Source of the DNA: Geosiphon pyriformis uo1 | Lineage: Eukaryota; Fungi; Glomeromycota | Assembly: GCA_016748015.1 (NCBI GenBank) | Contig: JAAOMT010000109.1 | Location: 359,461 to 423,460 of the forward strand | Direction: 5' to 3' | DNA length: 64,000 nucleotides | Shown here: positions 52,301-64,000 of the stretch, piece by piece | Layout: each line of letters starts with the position of its first letter | How positions within the stretch are numbered: the stretch's first letter is position 1 | The notes under the pieces: generated by a model | Database searches by the model: none | What the model was told of the DNA's origin: nothing | The model's input: only the letters and a program-made list of their open reading frames with translations | Program-made: the position numbers and the translations under genes

Positions 52301-52390
52301 TCAAAACATTTAAAAAGAGACAACACAAGACAAAAAACATTAGAACATTATTTTTGGCTTTATATGTACTAAAACATTTAATAGTATATA
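49331..52390 (+). pseudogene. pol: pol remnant of old Gypsy D: Cys-rich region, partly deleted dUTPase (~49980-50235), RT, RNase H, start of integrase
   Basis: AH.IDTEYNL (DAGYDL) and NFGLT (GFGST); CVDY..LN; YLDN 51264-51275; (A)DNLS; HYFW. Linkage to the gag at 11431-12759 is inferred from the nesting. Confidence 0.75.
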
Positions 52391-52919
52391 CAGAAAGTAT
52401 TTAAAAGTTTTTAAACAAGATTTTATTTAACAATAATATTTATTTTTTTATAAAATAAATAACATATTTATAATTTTATAGTAATTTTCTAAATTTTTCT
52501 ATTAAGTATTACTAAATATTTAATTCAGCAATATTTTTGGTAAGTAAATAAACATAAACATTCTGAACAAGATTTTGAATTAATTAAATCAGTTTTTTTA
52601 AATCATTTTATTGTATTCAAAACTGTTATCAAGTTGCAATTAACTATATTAGCAATATCATGATATTTTTTGTTATATTATTGTAATAAACATATAGTAT
52701 TATGTTAAGCAATTATTAATTCTTTTTTTGCTTCTATTTTATTTTAATAAAAACGACAAAAAAATCTTATATACACATTATATTTCATTTTTATTAAATA
52801 GCTAAAATTATTTAAAAAGTTAATACTGAATTAATAATAGAATTTATTTATTTAAACTTAATATATTAATATAAAAATCTAAAAAACTATTATTAAATTA
52901 AAAAATCCATTTTTTAAAC
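52391..52919 (-). mobile_element. Tc1/mariner-type DNA transposon relic (transposase N-terminal HTH, partial TIRs)
   Basis: The minus strand from 52737 reads (M)EAKKELIIA*HNTICLL..YHDIANIVNCNLITVLNTIK*FKKTDLINSKSCSECLCL. This reverts by transitions to ..TIKRFKETGSINSKPRSGRPRL. The element begins TA|CAG at 52389-52393, with a weak inverted match near 52880-52919. Confidence 0.65.
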
Positions 52920-54324
52920 AAAATAATAGCAAAATTAAGCCAAAAATTAAACTAAAAAAATTGTTATTATTATTATATTATTTATAAACAAATAACTTAA
53001 TTAAAAGATTTAATAAAATATTATATAAAGTATTAGTTAAGATTAGTTAAAAAAATCAAAAAAAATAAGATTTGTTCATATTATTAGTATTATTTGCTTA
53101 TTAAACAATAATATAAGATACTATTTAAATAATATTATTTGAATTAATATATAATAAAACAGCAATATTATTAATAAAAAAAATAACAACATATTTAATA
53201 AAACCAATAACAGAAGACTTATTTCAAAAAACACTGTTAAAACAGATATATAACTTAATAAAAATCTTGAAAAATAAAAAAAAACAATTAATTTTATTAA
53301 AAAATTATAAAAAAACAAAAAAAAACATAATAGTAAATTGTAAAATAAATCAGTTAAATTTAAAATTAAAAACAAAAAAACAATAAAGTAAAAAATTTAA
53401 TCTAAAATAGAATAAGCCATTTAATATTGAAAATAGATTATACAAATTATAACTAAAAAACAAAATTTTAATTAAAACAGTATATAGTAATTAATTAAAA
53501 TTATATTATATTAAAATATTAATAATACTTAATATATCATAATTAAAAACACAAAAAATATTGATTAAATTAGATAAAATTTCATAAGATTTAGAATTAA
53601 TTATTATTATTAAAACTAATATGTTATAAAGTTAAAAATTTCTTATAAATACAACTAAAATATGTTAAAAATAAATAATAAAAATAGAAATTACAAATAA
53701 TATTTACTTAATAGCTTAATAACTATTTCAATTATTAAAAACCAAAGATTTAAACATAAAAATAATAGTTAATAGTTAAAAAATTTGTTATAAAAACACT
53801 TAAAAAGCAAAAACAAATAATAAAACTTTATATAAAAAATATCAAAAACAAGTAAATAATTATATAAAAATTATTAAAAAAGAAAAAAAATTTTCAGAAA
53901 CTTAGTAACAATTGTTTAACCAAAAAAACTAATAAAATAAGATTAAAAAAGTTAAAAAAACAGTTTTAAATAATATATTGCTATTATTATTTGGAAAAAT
54001 AATTAAATATTTCGACTTTGTATATAAACAAATTCAAAAAAATGGTTGACAAAAAAACAATACAACAAGTAGAATATTTTATTAAAAAAAACAACTTAAT
54101 AATCCATTTAAAAATAATATATTAATTATATATAATTTTTTATAAATACAATAGAATACTATTATATTTAATTATAGAAAATTTAACAACAATCAGTTTA
54201 AAAAAATAACCAATTTACAATTTGAAAAACTAAAAACTAAATTTTTTAAAGCCATAATAAAAAAAAAGTACTTAAACTTATTTAAGAAAAAAACATATAA
54301 AATTTTACTAAAGCTTAATATTAA
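52920..54324 (+). pseudogene. very decayed Gypsy (H; possibly the 3' part of D): integrase C-terminus and ORF3
   Basis: Collinear with A 26930-28391 (SVLFAY, HGN.LK.Y, K(M)EITNNIYLIA..LFQL). Ends GCTTAATATTAA at 54313-54324. Confidence 0.7.
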
Positions 54325-54683
54325 AAAAAATTATTATTTATATAAATAGTCAATTGTAAAATAAAAAATTATTAAAAGTTATAATATTAGAAATTTTAAT
54401 AATAATTTAAAAAAATTGTAAAAATTTCAAAAATTTTATATTATAAAAATTTATATATATATAATAAAATTTATAAAGCTAAAAATAACATCTAAAAAAC
54501 AAACAAGCTTACTTAAAGACTAGTCTAATTTTTTATAATTACTTTTATTTTTTATTTTTTAATTTTTTTAACAAGTGAGGTCCAAACACAGCTTAGTACT
54601 ATACATCAAAGAAATAATCTAAACTAAGTACAAATCATGCATTTTCTATATGTGACCAGCCATTCGGACTGATCAGAACAATA

Positions 54684-57600
54684 CTATGCAGCTATATAAA
54701 CTGAGACTAAACTACTAAGACCTAAAAAAAATGAACAAGACTTGCAAGAACCAAAACATATACCAAAAACATCAACTACACCAAGCAGTTTCACCATACC
54801 AATGGGAAATCCTAAAGACAAACCAGAAACCAAGATAATAACTAAACCATCAAGAAGAATCAAACTATGCTTTTCCATATAGACATGGTGTTTAGCATGA
54901 ACCAGCCAAACATCATCTCTAAAGGCTAAACTAAAAGAGCACACAAACTTAACAATTTCTAGACCAGCCAATTTGAAATCACAGAAAACAGATATGGCCT
55001 CCCAGAACCAACTATCAAAAACAAAACCCTTGAAAAGAGCCATATACACAGAGAAATTAGAAGTGCAAAATGACAACAGTTACAACATACACAAAGAAAC
55101 ATGATCGGAACCAGAAAGTATTCTCTAGGAATCCACATGGGAGTCCAACAACTGACAGTAGGCAAACTTGTTAACTTTACAAGAGAATGCATAATCTAAC
55201 ACCTCCACTTGACTGCAATATAAACACAATACACTGGGATAAAGTCTATTATAAAGGTGCTTCCAAACAGCAACAGACAGGTGGTAATGCAAAGTCTTTA
55301 TGAAGTAAGTGTGTGCATAGGCTGAGGGTCTGCTAGTAAAACCAGTAACCATATGCAAATCAGGATGCCATACCAATGAAGAGCAGACCCAATTAATCTC
55401 AGAAAGTAGACAGGTCTCCAAAAACTTGCAACCAGAACCAACCTCCCAACGTGTATGACAAACAAAATAAAAAATATCACAAACAAAGTATCTAAAATTG
55501 CCAGAAACTATATTACTATCAGCCACAATAAAATGTTTATCCACATGTAGAGGAAGACACCAACCCAAAAGAGAAGCAGTACCAGCAATCATGTCAGCAC
55601 ACTTATTCCCCAAAACACCAGAGTGACCTTTTACCTTGTGCCAACTGATCCTCAAGTTCTTACTATGAATAATATTAAAAATATGTCGACGTTCAATCCA
55701 ATACTGATTACAAAAGTCAGAAATCACCAAACCCAATTCCGACTTGCAAGCATCCAAAGCAGATTGATTGTCCAAGAACAAGTGAACAGAACTAGACAAG
55801 AGAACACACTCCAGAGCCAGTACAATAGCCTGCAATTTTGCTAGTGTAAAAGACATCAAATCTATAACACCAACACCCAAACTCACACCAATGTCTTTGA
55901 AAAATGCAGTAGCACCAGCACTACAGTTGACTATGCCAAAGTTTTTTAAGGATCTGTCAATGTACACAGATAACATGCTAGCATTAACTTGGGAGAGATG
56001 GTTGCAAATAGACACACAATCACTGAATTCAAGAATGTTTAAAAAACCAGTATCACACAAAGCTATGGGGCAAATTGGAGAGGCAAATATACTGTTGAAA
56101 AATACAGTAGACAACTTAAACCAATCAGGAACAGGGCCATGGAAGTCCAAACTTTTCCATCACTTAAAGATATATTAATCAAAAACAACACCATGACGAT
56201 CTTGAAGTTGCTCTACATATGCAATACTATACTACTGAAGAGAAAAAAGAAATTTGATAAACCTTGACTCACTCAGAACAGCAGACATGGGCATTCCATC
56301 ACAGAACCGAAAAAAACTGGCCAAGAGGCCACCCAGAAATAAATTACAATCAAGAAAAATACAAACCATGCCTGCCAGAAAATTATTAGAAGCACTGACA
56401 TGAGTACAAACAGGAGAGACCAATGGATGAACAGGGTGCCAACACCAAACTTGTAGATTATGAGATTGGTAAAAAAACAATTGACCCAAAATTCCATTAA
56501 AGTTCACAAAGCCAACAAGTGAAGCAATCTTACTCTCAAACTGAATTTGTAAAAAAAATTTCAAACCATAAAAGGAAGAGTAGTGGATGGTATCACTAGG
56601 AAAGTTAAGTGACAGACCAGACCTAAGCTTCAAGCCTTTATGAATCAAGGCATCCCATTTGTTACACACACCAACAGAAACAAAGCTAAACTGCATTCTG
56701 TAGCTAACAATAGGGTGAAAGACTGCTAACACTAAATATAAAAACTGCTTATCCAACACAGCTTTTTTTAGAACCAGATTTGTAAAAAATTTGACATCTG
56801 AATGTGTCTTGGCCAAGCTAGACTTTAAAAGATCCTCAGTTGAAAGAAAAATACCCAAATACTGATGAAATTTCTCTTTTTTGGCAATAATGATAGGAGA
56901 GCCACTTATAAAAGGGGATGAGTTGCTAATTCTGCTATTAATGGGAATAGTCACTGTCTTTTTGTTATTAATAGAAATGTTATTGATCCAGAAAAAATCA
57001 CTAGCAACATTAAGAATGTGTTGAGTAGCATTCCAACTGCTACCAACCCAAATTGTATCATCAATAAAAGCACCAGCAGCAAAAAATAAGGAAAATCCAG
57101 CCCAAGATTCAGTATAACTACTTTTAGAGATAAAATGAAAATTGATCTTGTATCTACACACACTCTCTTGGCACTTAACTTCACACAACAGAGGATCATA
57201 AAATACACGTCATAGAAGGGGAGAAAAAACTTCACCTTGGTCCAAATTATCATGCACATGATAATCATCTGTCAAACCAAAATCTGTCATGACCCAGTTG
57301 GTATGACCCTTATGAATATTACCAAAAAATTGAATGAATTTGTTACACATTTTAATCCTAACCAAACTTTTCTTAAGATGATCCCAGCCAACAGAATCAT
57401 ACACCTTCCGCATGTTCTACAAAACCAGCCACAGCTTTCGGTCTTTCTCCAAAGCATCCTTAACAACCAACCCAATTGTAAAAATAGGAGACTGAGTTGT
57501 TGTACCCTTCAAAACTGAAAAATTATCTCCACGAAGAACATTAAAAGTATTGCAAGCTAAGCAAATTCTATCAGAGAGGATCTTGGAGAGAATTTTGTAA

Positions 57601-59372
57601 GCCATTTCAATTAAAGCAATAGGATGGGTATTTGTCAAAACACTCTTCCACTTATATGGTTTGGGAATCATCAAAACCCAGGCTTCTTTCCAAGGATTTG
57701 GAACAGATTTATCAGACAAACAACAGTTCAGAAGCACCAAGAGCATGTCCAAAATAAATTTGTCACAATGCTTCCAAAGTTCATTCGAGATACCCAAAAG
57801 ACCAGCAGCTTTGTCATCAGGCAGATTAGAAACCACCTCAAAAAATTCATCAAAATTAATTGAACACATTATGCCAGAAAAAGTCTCATCAAAAATGTGT
57901 TCTAAGAGCTAATACTGTCAACACCAATCATCAGAAACATTAGGGACTGTTTGATGCCTCTGGGTCCAACTTCCCATAATTGAATCAACTTTAGACTCAA
58001 CCAAACTAAGCTCCAAAACCAGCTCATCATCAACAACCAAATGGTCAAGCACCACTTTGCAAAAAGAACGCTCCAACACACTTTTGATAGTATGGTCTTT
58101 ATCTGTTTCAAAGCTCTCCATCCTCTTGCCAATAGCAGATTTAATGTCCTCCTCTTTAGTTCTCAGAGATTCCACCAGTTTCAAAGCATGATAAGATTTC
58201 CTAGCTTCAGAGAGGACAGAGCAAATACAATCAAAAGATGTACCAGAGTCTACTAAATCCTGAACAATCGAAGCCTTAGCTTCATCCAAAGAATACCAAT
58301 GCTCCATAAAAGAAACAAAACTATCAACAACACCTTCACAAGAAGTCCTCACAATCTTTGAAACCAAAAGTTCCAATCTGTGAAATCTTGAAGACCCCTT
58401 GGTGAAGATATGATTATTGTTCTTAAACCATTTCTTCTTGAATATTTTATTAGTCGAAAATACCATAATTTTTCGAATAACATCCCACATTGTGTCCAAG
58501 TTCAAGAATCTTAAAGCTGCAGCAAATTCATTTGAGAACATTGCTGTGTTAGCCATCATGGCATTCTTGAAATCATTCCACTTATCAACACCAGTATTTT
58601 TGAAATTGAATTTCTACCAATCCTTATTCACATGCTTGTGAAGAGAATTCAACTGTTTGTCCAAAAGTCCACCCAAACCCACAGACATAAAAATAGTCTG
58701 ATAGTCAGTATCCAAAAATTCACCAACATCAGACACTTCGCGATTCACCACAGCATTGACCAAGTTCGAAGAAATAAACAAGAAATTGATAGTCCTAGCC
58801 ACACCCCAAAAGTTAGTCCATGTAGAATCTTTGACATAAGAACTTCCATCCAATGAATTGACCAAACCAAGATCCAGACATTTTTTAAAACTTGCACATT
58901 TTTGAGAGCCATCTTCATTGAAGTTGCCACCCAGAACCACAAAAAAAAATTCATTGATTGTTTTTGCTATCATAGAATTGATATCAAAAGCATGAGAGAA
59001 GTGAACAGTCAGAGATGCCTTAGTATAAAGCTCCAAAATAGACACAGAAAGTTTATTTTTAAATAACAGCTTGACCAAAAGAAGCTGACCAGGCACTTCA
59101 GAAATCTTATTAACATGACAAGCCAGAAAAAAGTCCATAATGATCACAACCCAAGCACTCAGAAATTCTTTATTCAACCCAGATGAAAAAACTCTGACTC
59201 CATCGAATCTATCTTTAATTCAAGGTCTATTACCAGACCTCAGCTTCATTTCAGTAATTATCAAAACCAAATTTCCAGAATCTTTATGCCAATAGATAAT
59301 GTTATTCTGCTTGGCAGGGACATTGACACTGCAAACATTACACATTGTAAATTTCCACACAAAATTACTCAT
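54684..59372 (-). pseudogene. LINE ORF2: APE-RT-RNase H-CCHC
   Basis: MSNFVWKFTMCNV; VLGGNFN; TDYQ; MRKVYDSVGW; LDQGEVFSPLL; GAFIDDT; VYIDRS..LQAI..FLDNQ..KVKGHSGVLGNKCAD; CLYCSQVEVLDYAFSC. Fragmented by stops. Confidence 0.92.
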
Positions 59373-61320
59373 TGGAGAGGAAGAGAAGTTGATGATCCCA
59401 GACCAGAGCATAGACAATTCAATCTTTCCAAAACAAATTCAATTGACACCTCCAAAGTCACTATTTTAGATTTCAATCTACTCACCTTAGTGGTTAAAAC
59501 TCTAGAACTACTCGAACTAAGGTCAGTAACTGAGTCAACAACAACTGACAGAGGATAAAAAGAAGACACAGCTGTATCATCTATAGTCATATTCGAGTCC
59601 ACATTAGTGGCAACAGGAGTGGCAACAACCATAAGAGATGTATGGAGACCAGATGCCAAAGACACCAATTCCATGAAACTCAATTTTTTTAAAACATTCA
59701 AAACCTGATCTGCTAAAAGCTTCAAAGACCATTCCAAAGAAGCCAATTGCTCAACCAAACAGTAATTACCAAGAGAATTTGAAACTAACAGGACAGGTTT
59801 TACACCTGGAGACATACCAGTACCAGAAAAATCCGACAAAACCACATGAGAAAAAAAACCTGCAGCCACTTGGGCCCAAGTTTTCCCACCAAAAAAAACT
59901 GGGCAAACAATTGAAGCTCACTTTTTTTATATATGTTTGCCAAGCGAATTCGATCTTGAAGAGTTACCACCCACTTACCACAAGTACTAGAATTCCCACC
60001 AATTGAACACACATCAGAAACATGACCAAATTGTTCACATTTGGCACAACAAGTCAGAAAAAGACCAGCCCACCACAAACTCACACTCTTGAAAACTGGA
60101 ACGGAACCAATCACAACCAACTTGGATGTTTTATTAGTAAAACAAACTACAGCACATCTGTTACAGACATAAGAACTAGGATTGCAACCAATAAAACAAG
60201 TCTTCTCACTATATGATTCAAGCAAACCAGACAAATCATAAGCAGTGGTGCCAACAGGTAAAGTATATAACAAAGCACTATGTTGATCTCTAAACATCCA
60301 GGATTGTTTATTATTCACAGCCAATGCCACACAAATTGAATTCTTTTCCATAAGAACAGACCACTTGGAAACAACTAGACTAGCTACTTCAGGTAATTCA
60401 AACTCCACTAATACCTTCTGCCAAAGACCAATCAATTGCATCTTGATTGACACAATTTTACCAAATTTAGAGAAAACTGATCCTACAGCCAATTTGAGAA
60501 GATTGACCAGAATCTCCTTAACAATAATTTCCCAATCTGAATGGCAACTTACTTTTCTGACATTATTGTTTACCATGATTTTCTCATTAACAGCCAACTC
60601 CTTAGCCTTTCTCAAACTTGATTCAGATGTGAAAGATAATCTAATAATCCCTGAGAATTTTAAGAGAGTTGAAGCTTCCCCAAAACCACCTACATGATAA
60701 AAAATTTTTTTGACAAAAATTACTTTATCACTAATAGTTTTTCCAGGCACCGCAGAGAGCTCAATATCAAGTACAAATAACTTAGCCAAATTAAAATTAC
60801 GTTTTTCTGACACATGTGACCCCAACAGTGGCAACTGATTGGACTCATTGAATTTAAGAGAGAGAAGTTCTAAGACCAAATCATCATCACTCACGTCATT
60901 AAACAAAGGCACTTTGGGGAGTTGGCCCAACACATATGTACGTGTACAAGTCTTTCTTGGAGTTGTTTTGTTCATGTTTTCGTTGTCCGCCAAATTGTCT
61001 GACTCTGCATAACTTGTTTCCTCAGCAACTGTATTTTTCATATTTTTGACATCAGAGAGCCCACTAACACTACTTGCAATGCTGTCAATGTCACTTCTCC
61101 AGGATACCACAGGTTTGACACTGACAACACCAATATTTTCAAGACTCAAAGGGCTGGCAGAAAAGTCTATAACACCACCAGTTACTGGTACTTTTGGCTT
61201 CTTATAGGATGCACCACAGGAGTAGACAGTGTCTATATGTTTCTTTTTTGTATTCGAATGGGTCCCCAAACCAGTCAAACCAGCACCAGAACTACCAGTA
61301 GACGTGCTTGCAAGTTCCAT
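59369..61320 (-). pseudogene. LINE ORF1 (RRM-like, CX2CX4HX4C knuckle, coiled coil), apparently with a frameshift near 59900-59920
   Basis: 506-aa ORF with VFSKFGKIVSIKMQL and CAKCEQFGHVSDVC; continues in ORF 59369-59869. Confidence 0.85.
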
Positions 61321-61994
61321 AATGACAAAAATAGAAGTATCTGAAGAAATAACTGATGAAAGAAGGGGGGAAAGAAAAATAAAAAGAAAAAAACACTATA
61401 ACTTTTGACAAAAAATTTTTTTTTTTTTTTGCTCTCATCATGGGCTAAACTAATAAGATAAAATAAATATTTAAACTTAGAAAGAACTTTTTTTACTTTT
61501 ATCTAAACTATAATTATTTTAATAAAATATATTAATTAATTAAATTTAAACTAATTAATTCATAAATTCAAACTTATCTTGTTAAAATTTTAATATTGTT
61601 TATATTAATATTATTAGCACTAATTAAATTGATTTAATAATATTAAAACAATAGCTTTTAATTATGATTATTAATAAAATACTAATTTCTATTTTATTTA
61701 TTTATTTATTTTTTATATATATTTTTTGTTTTACTAATTAATTAATTAAGAAATACTAAAATTACAATATTAAAAATTATTTAATAAAAAATATCAAAAA
61801 AAAATATAATATAATCATAAAACTAGAATTGCTTATTAAAAATATATAAATATTAGAATAAATTAGTTATTATACTAAAAAAACTATATATTAACTTTTT
61901 GTTTATATATAAAATACTCTTAAATTAGAACAATAATCAATCTAAATACTAAATTACAAAACTATTAATTTACTCAATAAATTTATCTGTAATA

Positions 61995-64000
61995 ATATAA
62001 AGTTTTTTTCATTTATAATTTTACAGAAAATAATTTTTAATAAACAGTTTTTATATTTGGTTTTGGTTTTGCAATCTATTATTAATTACAAAATTCAGTT
62101 TAGCTTTATTAATAAAAATATGAAAAAAATAAAATTGATTAATCGAAAAAATTAAAGTTTAAAATTAATTTGTAAAAAAAATTTTTTAAATAAAACAATA
62201 TATTATCTATTATTATATAATTTAAAATATTTTATTTAAATTTAGATTAAAAAAAAGTTGGCTTCTGTTAAAAACTTTGCTAATATAAGTAGTATTTTTA
62301 ATAAATTGTTTAAATACAAATTATTAAATTTACAAATATTAAATTAAGTTTCTTAAAATTTACTTTAATTTGTAGTTAATTTAAGAATTAATTTTTTAAA
62401 CAATTTTTTAATTAATATTATAAGAATTTTTTAGATAATAAGTTGTTTTTATTTAATAATTTATTCAATGTTTTTTGTCTTAAAAAATGTTTTTATTATA
62501 AATATTTTAAATTATTTAGAATATTTTAGAATTGTAAAATTTTTTAAACAGTTTGATATTATGTTTACCAATTAGTTTTAAATAGTTACAATAACTCTTT
62601 TATTTAAAAAAAATTTTATTATTAAAAACAATTAAATTTCAGAAATTTTATTTTTTTTTGGACTATATATATTTTAAATTTTATTATAAATAATAATTCA
62701 GTTAAAAAAATTTCATATTTTTTTATTGTTTGTTTAAAATAAATATTTTAAATATAAATAATTTCAAAATTATTTATTTTGGTTTAAAAAAAAAAATTTT
62801 CCAAGATTTTTGTTTATATAAATAACTTAATTAGCTTTTTTAATACTATTAATAATATAGCAGCTTATTTTTTAAACATATATATAAATATAGACATAAA
62901 AATTTATGGTTTATTGTTTTTGACTTTGGCTAAATTATAAATTATTGTTTTGATTTTTAAATATATTTTAATATCTATTAAAATTATGGTTTTTTTAAAC
63001 AACTAGGCTTTTTTGAATGCTTGCTAAGCTAAATTAAAGTTAATTGTGCTTAATTTTTGTAATAATTATTAAATAAAATATTATTATATTGTTAATTTAA
63101 TTAAAAATAAAAATATTTTTATAAAATAGTTAATATTAAAAAAAATTCTTAATAATTAATAGTAAAATTGTTTTTGGTAATACTTATTATTTAATTAAAT
63201 TAATAAATAATATGATTAAATAAATTTAATAAAAAGTTAATTTAAGTTTTAAAATTATAAATTTTTTATTTATTAAGAATATTAATTAGTATTTTATTGT
63301 TTTAATTTGATATTCTAATTTACATATGGCTATTAATTATATTAACAAAACTATAACTAGATTATATATATATATAATAAAATTTTTATATAAAAAATTG
63401 TCTATTACTATATAAAAAAGTTGTATAACAAAAATATCTTAGTGTTTTATGTTTATATTATAATAAAATAAAATTTTTAAATTATAACTTTATTTACAAT
63501 TTAAATTTTTTGTTTATTAAAATTTGTTAAATAAGTTTTTTTTTTAAAAATATTTATTTATTATGCTTTAATTATTGGTTTTAAGTATTAATAATATTAA
63601 TTTGTATACAATTTTGAGTAAAAATTTTATGTTTAAATATTTGCTAACAGAAATTAAAACTTTTTAGAAATATTAAACTTATTGCTTTAAAATTAATTAA
63701 TTTTGTTTACAATTTAGTTTTTGATTATTAAGATTGAATTTAAATATTTAATTTAAAACTTCAAGCAAAAATAATAATAAAAAGTTTATTAAATTGTAAT
63801 AATTTAATATATCTTAAAGTTTTTTAATAAAATTGTTAAAAAATATTATATAATTGTTAAAATAGTAAAAAATTATATTGTAAATTTTGGTTCTAAAATT
63901 GTTTGTTTGTTTTTTATTAATATAAATAATAATATTTTTGTTAAAATAATTGTGTAATCTTATTTTAATTAGCCAAGTAATTGGTTATATATAAAAAATA
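61995..64000 (+). mobile_element. heavily eroded LINE L4a, 3' half (post-RT region, RNase H, 3' UTR start)
   Basis: aataaacagtttttatatttggttttg = DKQFLYLV; gtttatataaataactta = VYTDGS; tgatattctaatttacatatggct = WHPDSHMA. Collinear with the other LINEs. Confidence 0.7.

Larger units (their letters stand above)
54546..61508 (-). mobile_element. full-length LINE L3a (~7.0 kb)
   Basis: ORF1, ORF2, 3' UTR and poly(A) (T-run 54546-54569). 12-bp TSD tataatta(c/t)ttt at 54534-54545 and 61509-61520, with a TT|AAAA-type target in element sense. Confidence 0.9.
54332..61994 (+). repeat. H 3' LTR, split by a LINE (halves 54332-54545 and 61509-61994)
   Basis: Start TATTATTTATA (=TGTTACTCATA); TATA ~54453; the conserved caatagc..attatta core at 61649; T-rich tract; end ATCTGTAATA at 61994. 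Confidence 0.7.

Noticed and set aside
371-60697. Short antisense or off-frame ORFs in the track (e.g. 1138-1425, 9903-10334, 31416-31607, 53121-53375, 60365-60697)
   Set aside because: They are shadow frames of TE coding sequence or low-complexity DNA; their hydrophobic look comes from T-richness.

Overview
This window is an AT-rich, CpG-depleted eukaryotic transposon graveyard. I found no recognisable host gene, RNA gene or intact transposon polyprotein. The element families resemble those I recall from Glomeromycota fungi (Geosiphon-like); that is an inference, not a database result. Almost all of the 64 kb resolves into nested, transition-mutated elements. Left: a minus-strand Ty3/Gypsy (Z, 1-~4299) and a 3'-broken LINE (L1a, ~4940-11430). 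Centre: a plus-strand Gypsy nest. Old element D (gag 11431-12759, pol 49331-52390) contains G2 (12760-49330). G2 contains complete element A (19351-29285), element E (29589-45200, which itself contains F at 37826-~43740) and a 5'-truncated LINE (46559-48098). Right: a Tc1 relic (52391-~52919), a very decayed Gypsy 3' end (H) whose LTR is split by a full-length LINE (54546-61508), and an almost erased LINE (61995-64000). The most interesting signal is the architecture of the A/G2/E/D/H Gypsy group. It has a single-frame gag-pol with a Cys-rich insert and a dUTPase between protease and RT, and possibly a separately translated integrase. It also has a conserved, non-env, ~219-aa sense ORF3 ending at the polypurine tract, and LTRs with family-specific palindromic U3 arrays and a conserved stem-loop core. 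All elements show C->T/G->A hypermutation that includes non-CpG sites and broadly increases with inferred age.
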